From: a virus
Virus record (IMG/VR): IMGVR_UViG_3300045988_088962
Reading direction: 5' to 3' (one strand)
Length of the DNA stretch: 58,049 nt
The notes below the pieces were generated by a model. It saw only the letters and a list, made by a program, of their open reading frames with translations. It searched no databases and was not told where the DNA came from. This document shows, piece by piece, positions 34,135 to 42,331 of this stretch (its first letter is position 1; the number at the start of each line of letters is the position of its first letter). The position numbers and the translations under genes are program-made.

Positions 34135-34882
34135 TTTCCGTTACCTCTCTGTACTCCACGTCAATCCCCTTCGGCAAAGCCGTCTGGTACTTCTGTGCGA
34201 GCTGCTCTGCGCTCTGGGCATCGCCCAACGGCTGTTCAGGCGGCGCAACGGTGACTTCCACGTTGTCACGCATACCAAAGTAGTTCTTGGCTCGGAAAAT
34301 CCACTCTGCCGGATTTTCCTGACCGTACATACCGTTATACGCCCACATGGACTGCATTTGCAGAATCAACTTGAGGATGTATTTCTGCTGCAAGCTGTCG
34401 TCACGGCGTTTGCCTGTCATAATCTGTCTCAGGCTAGGCCATTCGATGCCAAGCACCAGCGCAATCCATTCCACCACAGGGGAGATTCTGGCTTCGATGC
34501 AAGCGTCAAAGAAGAAATCAAGACGCTGCTGCACTTCAATCGGGTTGTTCATGTCCACGCTCGGAAGGTCGCCAAAATACTTGGCTGCAATCATGCCAAC
34601 GACCTTCTTGTCCTCTTCGTTACCGATTCTTGACTGCAAATCGCCTGTGTTCATCATCTTCAGCTTTTCGATAGCCAACGCCTGTTGCTCCTTTACCTTC
34701 TTACTGACCTGTGATCGGATGCTCTTGTTCTTGTTGAGGTTCTGTATTCGCTTCTTCTCTCGCTCTTTTTCACGCTTCGCAGCGGCTTCTTCTTTTGCCT
34801 TTTGCGCTCGCTTCTCACGCTTTTTCTTTTCAGCTTCGGTCAGCGGTGGTCTGCCACGACCACGCTTCGGGGGTGTTGCCAT
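34115..34882 (-). CDS. terS: Terminase small subunit (gp3-packaging-like).
   Basis: It has an N-terminal GRGRPP, then ...VVEWIALVLGIEWPSL... and AEWIFRAKNYFGMRD, which resemble the TerS gp3 family. AAGGAGG RBS. Confidence 0.65.
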   Translation of the reverse strand: MATPPKRGRGRPPLTEAEKKKREKRAQKAKEEAAAKREKEREKKRIQNLNKNKSIRSQVSKKVKEQQALAIEKLKMMNTGDLQSRIGNEEDKKVVGMIAAKYFGDLPSVDMNNPIEVQQRLDFFFDACIEARISPVVEWIALVLGIEWPSLRQIMTGKRRDDSLQQKYILKLILQMQSMWAYNGMYGQENPAEWIFRAKNYFGMRDNVEVTVAPPEQPLGDAQSAEQLAQKYQTALPKGIDVEYREVTENETTVG

Positions 34883-34885
34883 GTA

Positions 34886-35092
34886 TCAGACCTCCTTTGG
34901 CAGTTCAGGAAGGGGCATCCAATGCGTAACGCTCCATGTTTTTGACGATAAATAAGATCGGCGTTTCCAAATGTTCGTTTCTACATCGTAAAACGCCCTA
35001 TCAACAAATCTAACAGAAAGCCCTTGAGCGACAACTAAATATGCGCCAGATTTTTCTGGTGTTCTGCTATCAATCGCAATCCAGTCTTTCAT
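34886..35092 (-). CDS. DUF551-like protein.
   Basis: MKDWIAIDSRTPE...VTHWMPLPELP, with an AAGGAG RBS. Confidence 0.6.
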   Translation of the reverse strand: MKDWIAIDSRTPEKSGAYLVVAQGLSVRFVDRAFYDVETNIWKRRSYLSSKTWSVTHWMPLPELPKEV

Positions 35093-35094
35093 TT

Positions 35095-35346
35095 TTACTC
35101 CTTGCCCGGAGCACAAGGCAATGGTGTCCAGTGTGTAATTTCTACGTTATACGGTCTATCGTCCAACGCAAATCCGGCATCATCTACCCATCCACTGGCG
35201 CACATAAAAGCTCTTCTGCACACTTCAACATTTTCTTCGTTTGTAAAAACCATGTTCTCGTTTACCGTGTTCTTCTCAAAAACGAGAACCCTAACACCGA
35301 TTTCCGGCAATCGGTCATGTACACTAATCCATTCATTCATAATCAT
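35095..35346 (-). CDS. DUF551-like protein.
   Basis: EWISVHDRLPE...ITHWTPLPCAP. Confidence 0.6.
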   Translation of the reverse strand: MIMNEWISVHDRLPEIGVRVLVFEKNTVNENMVFTNEENVEVCRRAFMCASGWVDDAGFALDDRPYNVEITHWTPLPCAPGKE

Positions 35347-35350
35347 GTTC

Positions 35351-35491
35351 TCACCTCTTCATTTTCGTTTCGATTTTATCCAGCTCGGTTGCAATCCACC
35401 AGACTGCACAGCAACCGTCCAACTGCCGCCACCAAGCGCACTTTTCTTTCTCACAGATGCACCGACCAAGCGGATTGCTGGTCATCTTCAT
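35351..35491 (-). CDS. Small Cys/Trp-rich protein (46 aa).
   Basis: Sequence MKMTSNPLGRCICEKEKCAWWRQLDGCCAVWWIATELDKIETKMKR. It is below the ORF-track cutoff. Confidence 0.4.
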   Translation of the reverse strand: MKMTSNPLGRCICEKEKCAWWRQLDGCCAVWWIATELDKIETKMKR

Positions 35492-35518
35492 CGGACAGTA
35501 AAGTTCATTATCTATTGG

Positions 35519-35710
35519 TTATTCCCCGTTCATCTCATAACATTTGCTGTCGTTATCGTTGAATCCCAAACACCAAGCTAACTCGGAAGCAATTTTCTGA
35601 TAAATGCCTTTGGCGTTAAGCTCAGTTTCGGATTCCGCACAGCCGCTATAAAGACCATACAGAAAAGCCAGTCTTTCACGCCCTACCATGTTAATTTCCT
35701 GAATCATCAT
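35519..35710 (-). CDS. Hypothetical protein.
   Basis: 63 aa, with an ATGA overlap on the upstream stop. Confidence 0.45.
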   Translation of the reverse strand: MMIQEINMVGRERLAFLYGLYSGCAESETELNAKGIYQKIASELAWCLGFNDNDSKCYEMNGE

Positions 35711-35889
35711 TTCCGCCCCATCATAATTGCCGTACAAACGGCCAGACACACGTTGACGAACAGCCAGACGAGCATTGCCTGCCGTTCCTCAAACAGGCTG
35801 TTCGCCATGTTCTTGATTGTCCGTTCAGACTGAACTACTACCGCCAGCAGGACTAAGCAGACCAGCCAGCGGGTTACAAATTCAAACAT
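35707..35889 (-). CDS. Small two-TM membrane protein.
   Basis: MFEFVTRWLVCLVLLAVVV...LVWLFVNVCLAVCTAIMM, with a GGAGGTAACA RBS. Confidence 0.55.
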   Translation of the reverse strand: MFEFVTRWLVCLVLLAVVVQSERTIKNMANSLFEERQAMLVWLFVNVCLAVCTAIMMGRK

Positions 35890-35891
35890 TG

Positions 35892-36149
35892 TTACCTCCA
35901 TCTAACATCCTCTATGATGTTTGGATTTTCGTGCGATTGAAACTCATATAGACTGCATATGGTTTTCTTTCCGCAAATCGGGCAACTAGGAGTTTTTCCG
36001 CTATCCGCTAGAGTAGTTGCAATACGTTCATCGCACACATCGACGCTAGTGGTGCAGAAGTCGCAAGTGAACGTGGCTCTTTTAATGCGACAAAACTTCG
36101 GATTTCTTGAAGTAATCTCCGAAATGTCCTCTACCGACAACATTGCCAT
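35892..36149 (-). CDS. Zinc-ribbon protein.
   Basis: CDFC...CPICG. The start is uncertain (GTG at 36158 or ATG at 36149). Confidence 0.5.
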   Translation of the reverse strand: MAMLSVEDISEITSRNPKFCRIKRATFTCDFCTTSVDVCDERIATTLADSGKTPSCPICGKKTICSLYEFQSHENPNIIEDVRWR

Positions 36150-36165
36150 TAGCTCCACATCTCCC

Positions 36166-36351
36166 TTATTTCAAACCTTTCTTCTCTGCTCCAGACCAAT
36201 CAAATTCCGCTTTGCACACAACACAGCACTTTGGTTTGTAATCCATCGGATTTTTCATCATCGGAAATCCGATTCTTGTTTTGCAAATTGGACATCCGAG
36301 ATACCAATCATTAAAAAATTCATCTCGAATCATTTCAGGTTTAACGCTCAT
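36166..36351 (-). CDS. Zinc-ribbon protein.
   Basis: CPIC...CCVVC, with an ATGA overlap on the upstream gene. Confidence 0.5.
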   Translation of the reverse strand: MSVKPEMIRDEFFNDWYLGCPICKTRIGFPMMKNPMDYKPKCCVVCKAEFDWSGAEKKGLK

Positions 36352-36671
36352 GTGCACATCTCCCTTAACCGTTTCTCGCACTCGCCGGACTTTGCGGTGA
36401 TGTAATCCGCAAACTCGTCAGGGGTCATGTCCTCTTCTTTGAACTTGCCGACCATCTCCCAGTACCTGTCACCAATGCGGATGATTTTCTGCACCTGTTC
36501 ATCGGTTAGGTCTGCATCGCACCGAAGGTTCTGAATCAGTGCGCCCCATGTGGCAGCGATGCCATCCAGAGCTATGCGGAATCCGTACAACTGGTTCTGT
36601 CGTGCGATTTTGCGGAGGTTGGTCGGCTTGACCTGTTTGCCGCACAAAGGGCAGTTCCCGAATTTATTCAT
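36348..36671 (-). CDS. Hypothetical protein with an N-terminal CxxC.
   Basis: MNKFGNCPLCGK..., with an AAGGAG RBS. Confidence 0.5.
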   Translation of the reverse strand: MNKFGNCPLCGKQVKPTNLRKIARQNQLYGFRIALDGIAATWGALIQNLRCDADLTDEQVQKIIRIGDRYWEMVGKFKEEDMTPDEFADYITAKSGECEKRLREMCT

Positions 36672-36972
36672 CCGACTGCTCCTTATCTTGAAGGCGATGG
36701 AGCCAACGGTAGTATTTTTCACTTGCAATAATTTCAATTCGCTCATGCGCTTTTCTTTCATCCGAAGCACCAAGCGCAACCATGCACACCATAACATCTG
36801 CGTATTCCTCTTCAAACGCCTTTCGGCATTCTTCAACGCTCTTCGGTGTCGGGTTCGTTCCATCCAGCGCACGGCGCAGTTTCAACGCTGCCTGTGCCAG
36901 TTCGGACGCTTCTTCTGCCAACTGTGCCAAGATTTCCGTCTTGGGCAGGATGTCTGAAACTTTCTTACTCAT
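36664..36972 (-). CDS. MazG-like nucleotide pyrophosphohydrolase.
   Basis: LAEEASELAQAALK...EEEYADVMVCMVAL resembles the MazG EExxE/ADV signature. Confidence 0.6.
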   Translation of the reverse strand: MSKKVSDILPKTEILAQLAEEASELAQAALKLRRALDGTNPTPKSVEECRKAFEEEYADVMVCMVALGASDERKAHERIEIIASEKYYRWLHRLQDKEQSDE

Positions 36973-37154
36973 TTCTGTTCTCCTTTTAGCCAGTTGTTAA
37001 GTGCAGCCATGCAAGAGGGGCAAAGAACGAACGACCTGTCAGGCGAGCACTCGTATCCACGCTCTTTGATTTTGATTTTTCGGATTCCGTCTGTTTCTCC
37101 GTGCCACGAAAAGCACTCTCCGCAACGGTCACAAATTGCAACCTCGATGCTCAT
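36969..37154 (-). CDS. Zinc-ribbon protein.
   Basis: CDRCGE...CPSC. Confidence 0.5.
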   Translation of the reverse strand: MSIEVAICDRCGECFSWHGETDGIRKIKIKERGYECSPDRSFVLCPSCMAALNNWLKGEQK

Positions 37155-37671
37155 TTTCTCTCTCCAATCTTTTTAACAGTGCATCCACGTCATACCGCCA
37201 ATGGACACGCAGCCTTTTTGCTTTGACCTCTATCCCCTCTTGTTCCGCCCACTGCCAAGGGATGCTCTTGCGGCTCTCGTTGTAGCGGAACGTCAAAACC
37301 TTGCTGGCAGGGATTGCAAAGGTGCGGTTGACCGCCCGGTAATTTACTATCACATGGGCGGTCTGACCGCTGTACCCCATTGCATCCACCATGTCAGTGA
37401 TGTGTTTTTCCTTGCGGTATTTGCACTTTACCTTGTCGTACTTGCCAAACACCTTTTCCAGAGGAATAGAGGGCGTTTCAATGGTTTTCAGCTCAAATAG
37501 GTGGTTCATCGGATATCGGTACACAAGAAAGTCGCAGATGTTGTCGATGGAGAAGGACAGGTTCTCGTTGCCGCCGTAATAGGTAGCAGCACTGTCCTTC
37601 AGCCGGTAGCACCACGCATCGGATGGGACGGATGCTTTGAAGTCTGATTCAAACTGCTTTCCGGTGTTCAT
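37129..37671 (-). CDS. recU: Holliday junction resolvase (RecU-like).
   Basis: GKQFESDFKAS...CDFLVY...FELKT resembles the RecU/PBP-related factor A motifs. Confidence 0.6.
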   Translation of the reverse strand: MNTGKQFESDFKASVPSDAWCYRLKDSAATYYGGNENLSFSIDNICDFLVYRYPMNHLFELKTIETPSIPLEKVFGKYDKVKCKYRKEKHITDMVDAMGYSGQTAHVIVNYRAVNRTFAIPASKVLTFRYNESRKSIPWQWAEQEGIEVKAKRLRVHWRYDVDALLKRLERENEHRGCNL

Positions 37672-38024
37672 GATTCAAAATCCGGAAAGCCGGGAAGATA
37701 CATCCAATGCGTAACCGTGTCGTCGGCTAATTGGTATGTCCTGTTCCATTCCTTTGTTTTGCTGTCAAGCCATCCGATGTCTCTAAAGCATTCTCCGTTA
37801 GGTCTTACAACCACAATCAAGAGAGGTTCATCGTATTCCGGCTTTTCGTCTTCAACTCTTATCCACGCATCCGCCCCAAACGCTTCCTCAGGAAAAAATT
37901 TTTCCAAATTGCTATCGCACGTCTTTACAGAAACACGACGTACATTCTCAAAAATTTTGTCCGAACCAACAGGAAGCACAACTTCAAGCGTGTTTTCCTC
38001 AAGATTGTTTGCTTTACAAATCAT
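37668..38024 (-). CDS. DUF551-like protein.
   Basis: AWIRVEDEKPE...VTHWMYLPGFP. Confidence 0.55.
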   Translation of the reverse strand: MICKANNLEENTLEVVLPVGSDKIFENVRRVSVKTCDSNLEKFFPEEAFGADAWIRVEDEKPEYDEPLLIVVVRPNGECFRDIGWLDSKTKEWNRTYQLADDTVTHWMYLPGFPDFES

Positions 38025-38239
38025 CCTCGTTCACCTCTAAATTCACTTCCGAGAAACTGTTTCTTCCCTTTTTCCCGGTGCTTGTCCTCGTAATTGCGGT
38101 GGTACACGCTCTGGCTGTTGTTCAGCTCATGCACGAACGCCTTGCGCTCCTCGAAGTCTTTTTTCTCTGCCTTGTACTTCTCGCAAGTGTCGTGGCAAGC
38201 TGTGCAGCGTGATGTGCAGTTGAGACAACAAGTAATCAT
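38021..38239 (-). CDS. Cys-rich small protein.
   Basis: MITCCLNCTSRCTACHDTC... Confidence 0.45.
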   Translation of the reverse strand: MITCCLNCTSRCTACHDTCEKYKAEKKDFEERKAFVHELNNSQSVYHRNYEDKHREKGKKQFLGSEFRGERG

Positions 38240-38292
38240 TTTTCCAAACGCCCGTCCAGCCAGATAGTGCAGCTCTTATATAAGGTAGGCGG

Positions 38293-38703
38293 TCAAGACG
38301 AAGGGACTTCTTCGCATATAGTTTCGAGTTCTTCAACATCTGCTGGCTCAAAAACAAGAGATGCGCCTTCGCATTCATATTTCTTTGCTTCCCAGTCCAC
38401 TTTGAATTTTTCAAAATCGTTCTTGTATCGAGGGAATGGATGCGTTTGCTCTGCGTAATAAACGCCCATCATAACTTTTTCATCATCTTCTGGCTTCCAG
38501 CTTTCGAGATGATAGCTTTCGTGGTTGTCATACTCCCAAAGGGACAGTTCAACAATCAATCCAGAAAAAACATCGTACATCTGTTGGAGACTTTCAAAAT
38601 CCCGATAAACCAGCCCTTGCCCCTTGTGAAATTCTTTGATTTGTTCGATGCTTTTCCCGCCAGTTTTCAGGCGGCATCGAACTACTTTCGGACGGTAAAA
38701 CAT
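38293..38703 (-). CDS. Hypothetical protein.
   Basis: 136 aa with an AAAGGAAC RBS. Confidence 0.6.
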   Translation of the reverse strand: MFYRPKVVRCRLKTGGKSIEQIKEFHKGQGLVYRDFESLQQMYDVFSGLIVELSLWEYDNHESYHLESWKPEDDEKVMMGVYYAEQTHPFPRYKNDFEKFKVDWEAKKYECEGASLVFEPADVEELETICEEVPSS

Positions 38704-38742
38704 AGTGTTCCTTTCTCGCCTTTTGTCCCGGTAGCGTAACCG

Positions 38743-39162
38743 TTAGTCAAAAGGGAGATCAGAACTGTCGTCAATCACAGAGAAGTCATCCGTGTTGCCC
38801 TGAGAGTAGTTCTGCGGTGCATCCTGCGCCCGATCGGCGGGTTTGCTGTCAGACTTGCCACCGCAGAAGTCAACCTTGTTCGCCATGATTTCCGTTGCGG
38901 TGCGGTTGTTCCCCTGCTTGTCGGTATACTTCCGGGTCTGGATGCTGCCAGTCACCAGAATTAGGCTGCCCTTCTGGAACCACTTGGAAACGAACAGTGC
39001 CGTATTACCAAATGCGGTGCAGTTAAAGAAGTCGGTTTCCTTCTGACCACCACTCTGGCGGTCGCAAGCAATGCTGAACGTACAAACATCCTTGCCAGAC
39101 TTCGTGACCTTAGCTTCAGGCGTGTGAACCAGACGCCCCTGAATTGCGATAGAGTTAAGCAT
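38743..39162 (-). CDS. ssb: Single-stranded DNA-binding protein.
   Basis: It has an OB-fold N-terminus (NSIAIQGRLVHTPE..) and an acidic tail ending DDSSDLPFD. AAGGAGGG RBS. Confidence 0.85.
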   Translation of the reverse strand: MLNSIAIQGRLVHTPEAKVTKSGKDVCTFSIACDRQSGGQKETDFFNCTAFGNTALFVSKWFQKGSLILVTGSIQTRKYTDKQGNNRTATEIMANKVDFCGGKSDSKPADRAQDAPQNYSQGNTDDFSVIDDSSDLPFD

Positions 39163-39165
39163 TAT

Positions 39166-39774
39166 TTAGCCCTCCTTCGGCTGTTTCTGAGCACAGTCCC
39201 AACACAGAACGCGCCCAAAGCGTTTCTTTGTGCTTCTTGCAGTTTCCAGCGGTGATACAGTTCGATTGTTGTACTGGACAGGCTGCAACTGTTTTCCACA
39301 ACAAGCGCACGGAGGAATATTTTCTGCCTCCGCTTGCTTTTGGACAGGCTTGCTTGCCCTGCTTGTGGTCTGCTTCTGGTACTCGTCCGTGTCAGCGTCC
39401 TTTGTATCGTCAATGCAGAACAGACCGTTCAGAGCGTACTTTCTGGCGTAGCTACTAGACGTTCCAGTCACCTGCGCTGCATCCATCTTGGTTTTTTGCT
39501 CCGGTTCTCTTGCGTAAGCAGTAACCGTTACGCATCCACCATCCAGAGCTTCCACCTTTGCGGTCGCTTCGATGTAATGCCACCCCTCTAACACTTTAGG
39601 TTCATCAGAAAGGGTAAGAAGCAAACCGTGTTCTTTCAGAATTGGTTTGACTGCTTCCAAAATGTCCTCACAAGAGCGATACTTGTAACCGCCAAATGTG
39701 TTCATCTGCCCCTTCGGGGCTTTCAACTCTGATTGAACAGCCATCAAGGCTTCATGAATTTTGCTGTTGTCCAT
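39166..39774 (-). CDS. ERF-family single-strand annealing recombinase with a C-terminal Zn finger.
   Basis: It has IHEALMAVQSELKAPKGQMNTFGGYKYRSCEDILEAVKPIL and lies adjacent to ssb. Confidence 0.7.
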   Translation of the reverse strand: MDNSKIHEALMAVQSELKAPKGQMNTFGGYKYRSCEDILEAVKPILKEHGLLLTLSDEPKVLEGWHYIEATAKVEALDGGCVTVTAYAREPEQKTKMDAAQVTGTSSSYARKYALNGLFCIDDTKDADTDEYQKQTTSRASKPVQKQAEAENIPPCACCGKQLQPVQYNNRTVSPLETARSTKKRFGRVLCWDCAQKQPKEG

Positions 39775-39841
39775 ACGTTTCCTTTCTTCGGCTTCATTAG
39801 GCTTCATTATTAATACTTTGGCTTAATATGGCTGTACAAAA

Positions 39842-40036
39842 TCAACTAGCCATCAGTTCTGCCAGTTGTGCACGGAGGTCTTTCAAGTCCGTTTCCCTCT
39901 CATCGATTTCAGCCTGCAAGTCCTCAATCGCTGCCAGCCGGTCGGCTTCCTTCGCTTGCGCCATCTGTTCGTTGGTCATAAAATACACGCCATCATCCGG
40001 CTCTGTCACGCCACCAAATCTGTCAAGGTTAATCAT
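39842..40036 (-). CDS. Small coiled-coil protein.
   Basis: 64 aa with a GGGAGACAAAAAG RBS. Confidence 0.5.
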   Translation of the reverse strand: MINLDRFGGVTEPDDGVYFMTNEQMAQAKEADRLAAIEDLQAEIDERETDLKDLRAQLAELMAS

Positions 40037-40223
40037 CTTTTTGTCTCCCTCTCTTGCGTTCCTCTTTGATTTGCAGTGCGCTGTACCACTGGTCTTTGTC
40101 GATTTCGATGGTAGACCACCGGTAGTTACATACAAGGCACTTTTTTCTGCGAACGATGCTGTCGGGGGCAGACCGGCTGTCAACCGTTGTGATGTTGTCG
40201 CTACCGCATAACGGGCATTTCAT
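40029..40223 (-). CDS. NrdR-like zinc-ribbon protein lacking the ATP-cone.
   Basis: MKCPLCGSDNITTVDSRSAPDSIVRRKKCLVCNYRWSTIE follows the NrdR N-terminal pattern C-P-x-C..DSR..RRxxxCxxCxxR(F/W)(T/S)T.E. It is only 64 aa long. Confidence 0.55.
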   Translation of the reverse strand: MKCPLCGSDNITTVDSRSAPDSIVRRKKCLVCNYRWSTIEIDKDQWYSALQIKEERKRGRQKDD

Positions 40224-40495
40224 CGTGCATCCCTCCACTCGTTTGTGTTCCACTCGTTGGTGTGGTGAGGAATGCGTTTTACTTTGCGGTTTTCCTGTTC
40301 AATACGTTCATTTTCAGAGCTGACACCAATGGCACACAAGACGAGTGCTGCGGCGAGGAAGCTACACGAAAGAAAAACGTATCCAAACATTGCTACTGTG
40401 TTTTGGCTTTTCTGGATTGCATCGCCGCATCCTACCGAAAAGATTGCTAACGCGATTCCAAGCGTACAAAGGACATTAGCTTTCAGGCTTTTCAC
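40220..40495 (-). CDS. Membrane protein (two TM segments).
   Basis: The GTG start has GGAGG 8 nt upstream. The TM segments are VLCTLGIALAIFSV and VFLSCSFLAAALVLCAIGV. Confidence 0.45.
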   Translation of the reverse strand: MKSLKANVLCTLGIALAIFSVGCGDAIQKSQNTVAMFGYVFLSCSFLAAALVLCAIGVSSENERIEQENRKVKRIPHHTNEWNTNEWRDAR

Positions 40496-40685
40496 TCTTA
40501 TTACCTCCAAAACTAAGTATCCATGCCGTAGCCATTGCCACAGATACCGTGATGATTCCACGGGCAGCTGATGTGCCTACCAGAATTCCGATGTGATGCA
40601 CCATCCAGAAGTTCAGCAGAAATACCGCCAAAACCACTGCCAGTGCTATGCCCCACATCAGGGCAACTTCAATAAACGCTTTCAT
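40476..40685 (-). CDS. Membrane protein (two TM segments).
   Basis: MKAFIEVALMWGIALAVVLAVFLLNFW..., with an AAAGGAG RBS. Confidence 0.5.
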   Translation of the reverse strand: MKAFIEVALMWGIALAVVLAVFLLNFWMVHHIGILVGTSAARGIITVSVAMATAWILSFGGNKSEKPES

Positions 40686-40703
40686 CTTGTCTCCTTTCAT
40701 TTT

Positions 40704-40962
40704 TTGCCATTGCAAATCACGGCTATACCATGCTTTTCCGTTGCTTTTCGATGAATTGCTTTGCCTTTGCTGTCCTGCTCCTAGCTACTCAATGCCTTAG
40801 CCTATTGTTTCTATTCTTTGCCATTGCGTCGCACGTCGCCGTTCGATGCCTTTGCTTATCAAAGCTACACCTTGCATCCATAGCCGTTGCATCTCGGTTC
40901 TAAGCAGCGCCTTTCCGTTGCCGTTCTGCTCGTGTCGTGTCAAATCCACGCCTTGCCATTGC
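40704..40962 (+). repeat. Three dispersed TTGCCATTGC-nnnTC(A/G)C repeats in a 311-bp non-coding gap.
   Basis: Copies lie at 40704, 40818 and 40953. The region is rich in (C)GTTGC and CTTTGC motifs, and the plus strand is pyrimidine-rich. Confidence 0.5.
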
Positions 40963-41026
40963 TAGTCACCTCAAGTCGTTGCTTTGTCTTCGCCGCACAA
41001 GTCGCTGATTCGCAATGCCATAGCGG

Positions 41027-41650
41027 TTAATTAAGGATTTCGTAAGTATATCGCCCCTTGCCACTGTTGCGCCACTGTCCGATACCACGCAGAGCTCCGT
41101 AGTCCAGCCATTCACGCACGACCTTCTCGTGAGAATCGTCCAGAAGAACGATTTCAAACTCGCAGGTCGAACCAGCTGGAATCTGCTCGCTGTTGGCAAG
41201 GCTTACACGTTCGCCCTGCGCCGTCTGGGCACGCAGCGGACGCTGGCACTCGGTAATCTCGCCGTTCACATGAATGGGAATCATCCGGGGAGACACGAAA
41301 ATAAGACCATCAATGACTTTTTTGTAGGCCGTCAGCTTGCCGGATTCATTCACGGCTTTCTTCTTTCCGGTTTCGGTCTTGCCGCCGATACGACCCAGCA
41401 TACCGCAGGAATCCTTGAAGAACCCCTTGATTTGGTAGTCATACAAGATAGGCTCGCCGTTCTCGTTCCGGGGGAAAACCGTCATGCCCTTGTCTGCTAC
41501 TGCGTCAGCACCCAAAGCTGCAACTTCGTCCTCGATAGTGTTTGCATCAGGGGACTTGCTGGCGATAAACTCTCGCGCAATGTTCTGGTTGCTAGGCCAA
41601 GTGCCGAGAACTGCTTCGATGAATGTGATTCTGACTTTGATTTTTTTCAT
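41027..41650 (-). CDS. Hypothetical protein.
   Basis: 207 aa with a plausible RBS. I could not securely place any motif. Confidence 0.65.
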   Translation of the reverse strand: MKKIKVRITFIEAVLGTWPSNQNIAREFIASKSPDANTIEDEVAALGADAVADKGMTVFPRNENGEPILYDYQIKGFFKDSCGMLGRIGGKTETGKKKAVNESGKLTAYKKVIDGLIFVSPRMIPIHVNGEITECQRPLRAQTAQGERVSLANSEQIPAGSTCEFEIVLLDDSHEKVVREWLDYGALRGIGQWRNSGKGRYTYEILN

Positions 41651-41733
41651 TTTTGCTCACTCTTTCTTTCTCGATGCGTTCCAGCCGGTCTTTCTCCCGG
41701 CTGTGCCAGCGGATTTCCCGCTTTCCGTAATAC

Positions 41734-42159
41734 TTACCGTTCATCGGGAGGGTCTACCTTTCCTTGTGCAAGCAAGCCGCTGTAATGCCCATAACTCATT
41801 CCAAGTTCTTTCGCCTTGTCATTTACCTGTTTAAGGCTGTACTTCGGCTTTTCTTTCGTTGTATTTCCTTCCTGTCTAGATTCATCGGAAGAAGTTCTGA
41901 TGTAGTCTTGGTGTTCCCTCCACCAGTCTGCGGTCGTTTTTCGCTTTGCGGCGTTTGCGCATTTCTTATGGTATTTTTGATGCTTGTATAATTTGCGCAT
42001 CGGCCTTTTGCACCATTCGCACGGAACAACACCATATGGAGCGCGGCGTTCAGTCTGTTTTTCTTTTTGAACCAATATCGCACATTCTTTGCAATACCGT
42101 CTTGTCGGTCTAACCACTCCAAGATACAGACCGCATCGCTCACAGTACTTTTCTTCCAC
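41734..42159 (-). CDS. Zinc-finger protein with a C-terminal HTH-like segment.
   Basis: CERCG..CKEC..CEWC. The GTG start has GAGGAG upstream. Confidence 0.55.
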   Translation of the reverse strand: MEEKYCERCGLYLGVVRPTRRYCKECAILVQKEKQTERRAPYGVVPCEWCKRPMRKLYKHQKYHKKCANAAKRKTTADWWREHQDYIRTSSDESRQEGNTTKEKPKYSLKQVNDKAKELGMSYGHYSGLLAQGKVDPPDER

Positions 42160-42331
42160 GCTGCATCTCCTCTTTCAGTCTTGCTTCCCGATTGTGCCGT
42201 TCAAAGCACTGGTTGATGGACTTCTCCATCCAAAGCACTTTGTTGGCATCGTTTCTGGATACGCCAGCAGCCATTGCCAGCTTCATTCTGCGTTTGCGGC
42301 TTTGCGCCCTGCGAAAATTCGTCACCAGCAC
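42140..42331 (-). CDS. Small basic hypothetical protein.
   Basis: The start overlaps the upstream stop. The RBS is weak. Confidence 0.35.
   Translation of the reverse strand: MLVTNFRRAQSRKRRMKLAMAAGVSRNDANKVLWMEKSINQCFERHNREARLKEEMQRGRKVL

Noticed and set aside
41027-41650. A RAMP/Cas-like protein, suggested by IKGFF and a C-terminal GIGQWRNSGKGRY glycine-rich motif.
   Set aside because: The resemblance rests on two short motifs only. There is no CRISPR array or cas neighbourhood, so I left it as hypothetical.
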